A DNA stretch of 7,076 nt. Origin: a virus. Its lineage: Duplodnaviria; Heunggongvirae; Uroviricota; Caudoviricetes. This document shows, piece after piece, positions 1-5,461 of this stretch. The notes below the pieces were generated by a model. The model made no database searches, was not told the origin of the DNA, and worked only from the letters and a program-made list of their open reading frames with translations. The stretch lies in the IMG/VR virus record IMGVR_UViG_2667528155_000012, one strand, 5' to 3'. The position numbers were made by a program, and so were the translations under genes. The first letter of the stretch is position 1. Each line of letters opens with the position of its first letter.

Positions 1-417
1 GTAAAGTTCTGAAGCATCTCTTGGGGTTTCATGTGGATGCCGAGTATAACCAAGTATTTGTGGTATTAAATTACCATGCGATTGAACTACAGATTCATAT
101 TTCTTATAGCAAGCATTATCAAAAAATCTCATTCTTATGCTAAGTTCTCTGAGTTTGTCAACGTCTAGAGAAACTTGTTTGTTGGCAATAATTAAATCTC
201 CGCGGTTTAATGTATTCTTGTGTTGAAAAATCAGTAAAAGCCATTCTGTATTATTGTAAAGCTTTTCAAGATTGGCATGTATATCAAGTCCGAGTTTTTC
301 ATATGCGGATAATTTGACCTCTTTTTCCTTTGCAGAAAGAGAAGATGAATAAGCCAGTAATCCGCTTATTATGGCAACAATAAATGTTCCTATAATGGTT
401 AAGGTATTCGAGTCCAT
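1..417 (-). CDS. Hypothetical membrane-anchored protein, N-terminal 139 codons only (C-terminus beyond the window edge); AT-rich moron-like gene
   Basis: ATG at 417..415 on the minus strand, open to position 1 with no stop (not in the ORF track because it runs off the edge). Translation begins MDSNTLTIIGTFIVAIISGLLAYSSS..., i.e. one N-terminal hydrophobic helix then a hydrophilic domain. Composition is much more AT-rich than the adjacent lysis genes. I recognise no family. Confidence 0.5.
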   Translation of the reverse strand, partial: MDSNTLTIIGTFIVAIISGLLAYSSSLSAKEKEVKLSAYEKLGLDIHANLEKLYNNTEWLLLIFQHKNTLNRGDLIIANKQVSLDVDKLRELSIRMRFFDNACYKKYESVVQSHGNLIPQILGYTRHPHETPRDASELY

Positions 418-445
418 TGTATTCTTCAAAAGTTGGTCAAAAATA

Positions 446-474
446 TATTGTAATATTTTAATGTATAAAATCAA
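446..474 (-). promoter_or_regulatory. Candidate sigma70-type promoter for the 1..417 minus-strand gene
   Basis: On the minus strand: TTGATT (plus 474..469), 17-nt spacer, TACAAT (plus 451..446), about 30 nt upstream of the ATG at 417. Pattern match only. Confidence 0.25.
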
Positions 475-524
475 TCATTTCCCCTCATTCTGAGAGGACT
501 CACAGCAACAAAGAGGGGGGCTAA

Positions 525-911
525 ATGTCCGATCCGATTTCCGGTTCTGGGATGGCTGGTGGTGTCCTGACGGGGGCCAGCGTCTATGGATTTCTATCCG
601 GAACCGATTACGGCGTGGTGTTTGGCGCATTTGCCGGGGCTGTATTTTACATTGCAACCGCAGCGGATCTAAGTGCAGCGCGCCGACTGGCATATTTTCT
701 GGTGTCGTATATCGCGGGGATCCTTTGTTCCGGGCTGGTGGGTTCAAAGCTGGCTCAGGCTACCGGCTACAGTGATAAACCACTGGATGCCATTGGCGCC
801 GTAATCGTTTCTGCTTTAGCCGTCAAAATCCTGACATTCCTGAATAATCAGGATGTCGGCTCGCTGGTGGCGCTGATAACGCGCCGGGGAGGTTCAGGTG
901 GTACAAAATGA
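525..911 (+). CDS. Putative holin (128 aa, multi-TM, charged C-terminal tail)
   Basis: ATG at 525 preceded by SD AGAGGGGGG with a 5-nt spacer. Several hydrophobic helices (GVVFGAFAGAVFYIA, LAYFLVSYIAGILCSGLVG, AIGAVIVSALAVKILTFL) and a basic C-terminal tail (ITRRGGSGGTK). First gene of a translationally coupled operon ending in endolysin and spanins. Confidence 0.7.
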   Translation: MSDPISGSGMAGGVLTGASVYGFLSGTDYGVVFGAFAGAVFYIATAADLSAARRLAYFLVSYIAGILCSGLVGSKLAQATGYSDKPLDAIGAVIVSALAVKILTFLNNQDVGSLVALITRRGGSGGTK

Positions 912-1179
912 CCCATCGGCAACTTTTAATGCATTGCTTTGTGCTGGGGTAGTGTTAACCCTGATGTTTTACCGTCGCGGCGACTCGCGACATCGACCGT
1001 GGATATCTCGCTTAGCGTGGCTGCTTACGGTCATCTACAGCGCCGTTCCGCTGGCGTATCTGTGCGGTATTTACCCGTACTCATCATGGGCCACTATCGG
1101 GGCCAACTTTATTTTCCTGTCCGTGCTGGTCGCCGTAAGAGGCAACGTGGCACGTCTGGTTGATCATCTGAGGCACTAA
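898..1179 (+). CDS. Second small membrane protein of the lysis cassette (holin partner or antiholin-like), 93 aa, GTG start
   Basis: GTG at 898 preceded by GGGGAGG (886-892) with a 5-nt spacer. Overlaps the holin stop (909-911), and its TAA overlaps the endolysin ATG (taATG at 1177-1181). Hydrophobic segments FNALLCAGVVLTLMFY, LAWLLTVIYSAVPLAYLCGIY, IGANFIFLSVLVAV. Function inferred from position and topology only. Confidence 0.55.
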   Translation: MVQNDPSATFNALLCAGVVLTLMFYRRGDSRHRPWISRLAWLLTVIYSAVPLAYLCGIYPYSSWATIGANFIFLSVLVAVRGNVARLVDHLRH

Positions 1180-1793
1180 TGAACCAATCACAATTTCAGC
1201 AGGCGGCTGGTATCAGCGCCGGGCTTTCTGCGCGCTGGTTTCCGCACATTGACGCGGCAATGAAAGAGTTTGGCATTACAGCTACGAACGATCTGGCTAT
1301 GTTCATCGCCCAGGTTGGGCATGAGTCTGCTGGCTTTACCTCGCTGGTGGAAAGCTTCAACTACTCGGTAGAGGGGCTGAAGAAAACCTTTGGTAAACGG
1401 CTTACTCCTTATCAGTGTGAAATGCTGGGTCGTGTCGATGGTAAGCAGGTGGCCCACCAGCCGCAAATAGCCAATCTGGTTTATGGTGACCGCATGGGGA
1501 ATAACAGCCAGGGTGACGGCTGGAAATATCGCGGTCGCGGCCTGCTGCAAATCACGGGTCGTGAGAACTACACCAAATGCGGCACGGCGCTGAAACTTGA
1601 CCTTATCAGTACGCCAGAATTGCTAACGCAAGAGCGACATGCGGCTCGTTCGGCTGCGTGGTACTTCACGTTACGCGGTTGCCTGATGTATTCGGGTGAC
1701 GTGGCACGCGTTACGCAGATTATTAACGGCGGACAGAACGGCATTAAAGACCGCCGTGAACGTTACGCCAAAGCTAAAGCTGCACTGGTGTGA
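1179..1793 (+). CDS. Phage endolysin, glycoside hydrolase family 19 (chitinase-like lysozyme), 204 aa
   Basis: Translation contains KEFGITATNDLAMFIAQVGHESAGFTSLVE, the hallmark region of GH19-type phage endolysins with the catalytic Glu in HES, plus downstream GWKYRGRGLLQITGRENY. SD GAGG 5 nt upstream; sits between holin genes and spanins. Confidence 0.9.
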   Translation: MNQSQFQQAAGISAGLSARWFPHIDAAMKEFGITATNDLAMFIAQVGHESAGFTSLVESFNYSVEGLKKTFGKRLTPYQCEMLGRVDGKQVAHQPQIANLVYGDRMGNNSQGDGWKYRGRGLLQITGRENYTKCGTALKLDLISTPELLTQERHAARSAAWYFTLRGCLMYSGDVARVTQIINGGQNGIKDRRERYAKAKAALV

Positions 1794-1800
1794 GGTCAGT

Positions 1801-2070
1801 ATGGGGCTTGAAATGATTATCGGCCTGGTTGTTGCTGTGCTGGCTGCAATTGCAGGTGCTTTTGGGCTGGGCAAATCACGCGGTACCAGTATCGCTGAAA
1901 CAAAAGCGGACCAACAACGCACTGAAGAACGTGCAATAGCTATTGAAGCGGTTGCAGAACGCCGGGTAGAAACAACAAAAGGAGCCAGGGATGTACAACA
2001 GACTGTTAACCATATGCCTGATGACGCTGCTGATCGCGAGCTGCGCAAAAACTGGACACGTAAGGATTGA
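1801..2070 (+). CDS. Inner-membrane spanin subunit (Rz-like i-spanin), about 89 aa
   Basis: ATG at 1801 with GAGG upstream, 8 nt after the endolysin stop. N-terminal TM helix MGLEMIIGLVVAVLAAIAGAFGL followed by a charged, helical periplasmic domain. The ORF-track start at 1696 lies inside the endolysin gene and is rejected. Unusually short for an Rz protein. Confidence 0.7.
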   Translation: MGLEMIIGLVVAVLAAIAGAFGLGKSRGTSIAETKADQQRTEERAIAIEAVAERRVETTKGARDVQQTVNHMPDDAADRELRKNWTRKD

Positions 2071-2212
2071 GGTTATTGACACCGGCTGCGATTGGGTAAA
2101 ACCCATCTACGGCACTGCTCATGATTGGGAAGTGCTGGACAGGCAGACCAAGAAAGACATTCTTATGCATAACAAAGTGTGGATGTCAAACTGTGGCTCT
2201 ATAACTTATTGA
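1991..2212 (+). CDS. Outer-membrane spanin subunit (Rz1-like lipoprotein o-spanin), 73 aa
   Basis: ATG at 1991 with GGAG 6 nt upstream. Lipoprotein signal MYNRLLTICLMTLLIASC with lipobox IASC. Starts in a different frame inside the 3' end of the i-spanin gene and extends beyond it, the classic overlapped spanin architecture. Confidence 0.7.
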   Translation: MYNRLLTICLMTLLIASCAKTGHVRIEVIDTGCDWVKPIYGTAHDWEVLDRQTKKDILMHNKVWMSNCGSITY

Positions 2213-2862
2213 TTTTGTTTTTTGTTGTCTACCATATCAGGCAATGTGAAGGCATATAGAAGAAATACTTCGGTGAAACCAATCATTTCTTGAGCATCTT
2301 CTTTTGAAAATTCTTCATCAGAATGAACTGCTCCATTGGAATCGATTCGAACTATATGTGCCCATTCCCTCATTTGATCTGTAATCAGTCCCTTAGCATG
2401 CAACATAGAAATCCGTTTAACCAATTTTTCATCTTTTGAGTCATTTCCCAGTAACTCCCGTGTAGCAATGTCCAAGACTTTACGGCAAAGCATAACGGAT
2501 GTGTCGAAACGACAGCGCCCTAAGTTGTCTTTTGCTTCTATGAAAGCCATAGCAGCACGTGGCGGAGTGTGTTCGGGGGCGTTAAGGAGGGTGGGTTTCG
2601 GGATGATATCAATCAACTGGTACTCAGTATTTCCAGGAATGATTACGTTTACATCATTATTTTGCCTAGATTTTGCACGAGGTAAATAACCACCGGGATT
2701 ATTCATTTTTACAATAGCAATACCTGATTGAAAACAGCTTCGACAACAAAATGCAATATTAACTAAAGGCCCGGCGTTGATACGCAGTTCTGCCCATCCT
2801 TCAAGGACAGCATTTTCCCTCAGACAATGTGGGCAAGTGATATCGAAAGTGAGAATTCCCAT
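2206..2862 (-). CDS. Zinc-ribbon protein with a C-terminal DUF4145/HEPN-like domain (218 aa); candidate defence or abortive-infection effector
   Basis: ATG at 2862..2860 with GGAG 7 nt upstream on the minus strand; the ORF-track TTG start at 2907 is less likely. N-terminus has CPHC ... CCRSC (Cys-x2-Cys ... Cys-Cys-x2-Cys), typical of a zinc ribbon. C-terminus (VMLCRKVLDIATRELLG ... LITDQMREWAHIVRIDSNGAVH ... EDAQEMIGFTEVFLLYAFTLP) matches my recollection of the DUF4145 pattern with an R-x7-H motif. AT-rich, convergent with the spanin gene. Confidence 0.7.
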   Translation of the reverse strand: MGILTFDITCPHCLRENAVLEGWAELRINAGPLVNIAFCCRSCFQSGIAIVKMNNPGGYLPRAKSRQNNDVNVIIPGNTEYQLIDIIPKPTLLNAPEHTPPRAAMAFIEAKDNLGRCRFDTSVMLCRKVLDIATRELLGNDSKDEKLVKRISMLHAKGLITDQMREWAHIVRIDSNGAVHSDEEFSKEDAQEMIGFTEVFLLYAFTLPDMVDNKKQNQ

Positions 2863-3046
2863 GACTCTACTCCATACATTAAAAGAAATTGAAAATGAAT
2901 TACACAATGCACAACGACCTGAGTCTACACTCCTTCAACGATATGAAGTATCGAATGAGATTAAAAAAAAGGAGTTTGTAGTCGCTTTGATCGGTAAACT
3001 GATAGAATTGGACCGCCGTCTCTATGTCACATCATTGAAGCCTTAG
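2861..3046 (+). CDS. Hypothetical small protein (61 aa), divergent from the zinc-ribbon gene; uncertain
   Basis: ATG at 2861 reads MTLLHTLKEIENELHNAQRPESTLLQRYEVSNEIKKKEFVVALIGKLIELDRRLYVTSLKP, a predicted helical peptide. Only a weak SD (GTGAG), and the same DNA must also carry the promoter of the minus-strand gene, so coding status is doubtful. Confidence 0.25.
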   Translation: MTLLHTLKEIENELHNAQRPESTLLQRYEVSNEIKKKEFVVALIGKLIELDRRLYVTSLKP

Positions 3047-3415
3047 TTTCAATTTTACCGATTTATCGCTTAAGGGGTAGGACTTCAACACTACTAAGTG
3101 AGCATTGCAGCAGGCATTCAGGGGAATGCTGTGACAGTAGTTAGCTAGGGTAAACCGTTTGCGCCTGGGGATTTTACTTTGCGACGGAAAATTAAAAAAC
3201 TATATGATTTCTTATCCCACTAGGATGTCTGCGGACTACTACTGACTGTTTAGGCTATTACGAGGGGCTCAAACTCAACGTCTGGCATCAACGCAGAACT
3301 GAAAAAGTCGCCATGAATGTGGTTACGGTATTTGGTGGGATATAAACGTACCTTCATTTCTAAGCTTGATAATCACCTTTGTCCGAATTGCCTACGCGAT
3401 AGTCATGTAGTTTTA

Positions 3416-3445
3416 GTCATAACCGTTTACCCTATTGATGTCAAG
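3416..3445 (-). promoter_or_regulatory. Candidate minus-strand sigma70-like promoter inside the ORF-poor gap
   Basis: Minus strand: perfect -35 TTGACA (plus 3445..3440), 18-nt spacer, -10 TATGAC (plus 3421..3416). It would drive leftward transcription across 3409..3047 towards the zinc-ribbon gene. Pattern match only. Confidence 0.25.
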
Positions 3446-3542
3446 ATAAATTGGATAACACTGATGAATCGAACCTCTAAATCCTTTGATGGGCCACTCA
3501 TAGCTGACTGGTTCAAAAAAGTGTTATCAATGGTATGATAAG

Positions 3543-3572
3543 TTGAGATGAAAGGTGTAAATGAACTATAAT
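3543..3572 (+). promoter_or_regulatory. Candidate sigma70 promoter of the AT-rich two-gene operon
   Basis: TTGAGA (3543-3548), 18-nt spacer, consensus TATAAT (3567-3572), about 35 nt upstream of the ATG at 3608. Confidence 0.3.
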
Positions 3573-3607
3573 AATTCAACAGTTAATCTGAGAAAAATGG
3601 ATTATGT

Positions 3608-3877
3608 ATGTCGAATGTAAAAAAAATAGATGCTATAGTTCAAAATTTATTTGAATTCAGAGATGCTACAGGTGAACTTACGGATAAAAATATTGTTTTA
3701 ATACAAAAAATCATAACGAACTTACCTGACTATGCTGGTAAGGATCCATATGAATTTTATTCATCATTTTCTGAAGATATTAATGAGTCGCTCAAAGCAA
3801 TTGCCAATTATCATAAGGCACATGCTAAATACATTAATGCCCTCGATAAATTAGCAGAGCTTAGGTCGGAGGGGTAA
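3608..3877 (+). CDS. Hypothetical small acidic helical protein (89 aa), first gene of a two-gene accessory operon
   Basis: ATG at 3608, TAA at 3875-3877. Very AT-rich coding sequence; translation MSNVKKIDAIVQNLFEFRDATGELTDKNIVLIQKIITNLPDYAGKDPYEFY... has no TM segment and no motif I recognise. Its 3' end carries the SD of the next gene. Confidence 0.6.
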   Translation: MSNVKKIDAIVQNLFEFRDATGELTDKNIVLIQKIITNLPDYAGKDPYEFYSSFSEDINESLKAIANYHKAHAKYINALDKLAELRSEG

Positions 3878-3879
3878 TA

Positions 3880-4257
3880 ATGGCTACGGAAGATATTCAG
3901 GCTTTGTTATCTAAAGTTAATGCGTTAAGATTTGAAGATAAAAGAATAGAGAAGGAAACAGGAGAGATTGAAAATGAAATTCAGGCTCAATTTCTTCGTG
4001 ATGGTAAAACAAGGAGTACATTAACCATAACATTTATGAGAGGCTTTTTTGGTCTTATCGTTTTTTCTTTTATATTTGTGATAGTTTATAACTATTGCGC
4101 AGTGCAATGGGTACTTCAATTACAAAGCAAAGGGCTCATGGAGGCTTCTAAAAGTATCGCACTACTTGAGTTAGATAAGGTGTTATCTATTATGGTTAGT
4201 GCGTTAGGAACATCTCTTGGGTTTATAATTGGCTATTATTTTAAAGACAAAAAATAA
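3880..4257 (+). CDS. Hypothetical membrane protein (125 aa): N-terminal coiled-coil-like region plus two C-terminal TM helices; second gene of the operon
   Basis: ATG at 3880 with GGAGG (3868-3872) and a 7-nt spacer, 2 nt after the upstream stop. Charged N-terminal ~50 aa, then FFGLIVFSFIFVIVYNYCAVQWVL and LSIMVSALGTSLGFIIGYYF hydrophobic helices. Followed by a strong intrinsic terminator. Confidence 0.65.
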   Translation: MATEDIQALLSKVNALRFEDKRIEKETGEIENEIQAQFLRDGKTRSTLTITFMRGFFGLIVFSFIFVIVYNYCAVQWVLQLQSKGLMEASKSIALLELDKVLSIMVSALGTSLGFIIGYYFKDKK

Positions 4258-4330
4258 ATAATTTAATTTTACATTGCTATTTATGTTTTGCTTTTAAGAT
4301 TTTTAACTTTCTAGATGTAGAGTTATTGTT

Positions 4331-4360
4331 AAAGCACTGGTATTTGCCAGTGCTTTTTTA
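4331..4360 (+). terminator. Rho-independent terminator of the two-gene operon
   Basis: Perfect 8-bp stem AGCACTGG (4333-4340) / CCAGTGCT (4347-4354), loop TATTTG, then TTTTTTATT. Lies 76 nt after the stop at 4257. Confidence 0.6.
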
Positions 4361-4364
4361 TTAA

Positions 4365-4376
4365 AATCCGCGGATT
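4365..4376. repeat. Perfect 12-bp palindrome AATCCGCGGATT right after the terminator
   Basis: Read directly: aatccgcggatt is its own reverse complement. Possible dimeric protein-binding site; function unknown. Confidence 0.4.
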
Positions 4377-4764
4377 AATGACGGCAATCATGAATACTCC
4401 TCCAAAGACTGATCCAACGATACGGGTGTATAAGTCACACTTGTTTAATCTGTGATTGATGGCACTATAATTTATGTTGCACAACATAAACTGCCGATGG
4501 AGGGAATTGAGTGCTGAGCATGTCAGACATAAGTGTGTTGTCGAAGGTCTCCTCAGGCATGGTTTCTGCATAACGTCGACACTTGAAAGCCTCCATAATG
4601 ACAATAAAGTATAAGTATTATCATTATTAATTGTCACTTGCCGTTGCGACATGCTTGGGCGGCGACCGCCTAAGTTCTCTTTATAAATGAGAAGTTCCCG
4701 CTAGCGACCGTTTCTGATTCCTTTTTTTCTACTAAGTTTGTATCAAATAAACAGGATAATGCCG

Positions 4765-5127
4765 ATGCCAGCACGAGCAAAGCGTCCATGCCGGCACAAG
4801 GGCTGTGCGGCAGTTACCAACGATGCCAGTGGCTATTGTGATCAACACCGACAGCGGCATGCTGGTGATGGCTGGCGTAACTACCAGGCAGGAAAGAGCA
4901 GGCAGGAACGTGGATATGGGCGGACCTGGGAAATTAAACGGGTGCGTATCCTTCAGCGTGATAAGTACCTGTGTCAGAACCATCGCCGGCAGAAGATTGC
5001 AAAAAAGGCGACCAGCGTTGACCACATCATTCCAAAAGCTCATGGCGGTACTGATGACGATTTCAATCTTGAGTCGTTGTGCTGGGACTGCCACAGAGCG
5101 AAGACGGCAAGAGAGCGTATCCGATGA
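4765..5127 (+). CDS. Phage-associated HNH endonuclease (about 121 aa from ATG 4765)
   Basis: C-terminal HNH signature DHIIPKAHGGTDDDFNLESLCWDCH and an N-terminal Cys/His cluster (CRHKGC ... CDQH). AGGA (4753-4756) is 8 nt upstream of ATG 4765; alternative starts are ATG 4759 and TTG 4738. An HNH gene just upstream of terS is typical of HK97-like cos phages. Confidence 0.85.
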   Translation: MPARAKRPCRHKGCAAVTNDASGYCDQHRQRHAGDGWRNYQAGKSRQERGYGRTWEIKRVRILQRDKYLCQNHRRQKIAKKATSVDHIIPKAHGGTDDDFNLESLCWDCHRAKTARERIR

Positions 5128-5461
5128 GTTAGACCCATTGCACATATTTTGGTTCACGGCTCTATACAATAGCTAACTGCCCAAAATAATGGGGTGGTTC
5201 ATCGCGCCGCGCCAACCTGCACTGCAGCTATTGTGGGCAGTCAGGGCATAACTCTAGTGCCTGTCCACATAATGAGAGCTGCGGTCGTCGGCGCAGCCTG
5301 AATGATGACTTCCATCTTGATTGATGCCCACACAGGCCAGGGGAAGGGGGGATCAAATCCCTGACCCCTTTCGCCTTCCAGGACTGCCGCCTGAAGGACA
5401 TTTTTGCACGTCATAAATAAGGATCTTTTTTCCGGTAGGTTTCACCTATTAAAGAGGAGTT
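5128..5461. other. Candidate cos / packaging-initiation region between HNH and the small terminase
   Basis: 334-bp non-coding gap at the position where HK97-like phages carry cos. Contains a GC-rich purine run with an imperfect hairpin (about 5341-5368) and a second stem-loop at 5374-5397. The cleavage site itself cannot be determined from sequence. Confidence 0.3.
5374..5405 (+). terminator. Terminator-like stem-loop plus T-run upstream of terS (possible terminator, attenuator or terminase-binding structure)
   Basis: CCTTC(C)AGG (5374-5382) pairs with CCTGAAGG (5390-5397) with a 1-nt bulge and a 7-nt loop, followed by ACATTTTT (5398-5405). Confidence 0.3.

Noticed and set aside
192-212. Sequence ttaaatctccgcggtttaatg resembling the 4361-4380 palindrome region
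   Set aside because: Short, AT-rich, and inside a coding region; most likely chance similarity. Not enough to call a repeat pair or recombination boundary.
475-747. 90-aa minus-strand ORF
   Set aside because: Antisense to the holin gene and its SD; Pro/Arg-rich, low-complexity translation typical of a spurious antisense frame.
939-1163. 74-aa plus-strand ORF
   Set aside because: Alternative frame entirely inside the second lysis membrane-protein gene; no independent support.
1696-1800. N-terminal extension of the i-spanin ORF back to ATG 1696
   Set aside because: This start lies inside the endolysin coding sequence. The in-frame ATG at 1801 has an SD and begins directly with the TM helix, so 1801 is the likely start.
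1188-2106. Minus-strand ORFs 1188-1550, 1671-2048 and 1876-2106
   Set aside because: All antisense to the well-supported endolysin and spanin genes.
2468-2689. 73-aa plus-strand ORF
   Set aside because: Antisense within the zinc-ribbon/DUF4145-like gene; spurious.
2863-2907. Upstream TTG start (2907) for the zinc-ribbon gene
   Set aside because: The in-frame ATG at 2862 has a well-spaced GGAG. The extension would add 15 residues (MCNSFSISFNVWSRV) with no SD.
3463-3485. tRNA-like T-loop motif (minus-strand GGTTCGATTC)
   Set aside because: The flanking sequence does not form the complementary T-stem or an acceptor stem, so there is no support for a tRNA or tRNA-derived att site.
3317-3538. 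73-aa plus-strand ORF in the gap
   Set aside because: No SD, odd composition, and only a single CxxC; more likely non-coding or a gene remnant. Kept only as part of the gap finding.
4441-4471. Plus-strand promoter-like TTGTTT ... TATAAT upstream of the HNH gene
   Set aside because: The spacer is 19 nt and the -35 is weak, so it is not strong enough to annotate.
4329-4652. 107-aa minus-strand ORF
   Set aside because: Low-complexity translation, no SD at its start, and it overlaps the strong plus-strand terminator and the palindrome region; judged non-coding.
4732-5176. ORFs 4732-5169 (minus) and 4805-5176 (plus)
   Set aside because: They overlap the HNH endonuclease gene in other frames or strand; HNH carries the clear family signature.
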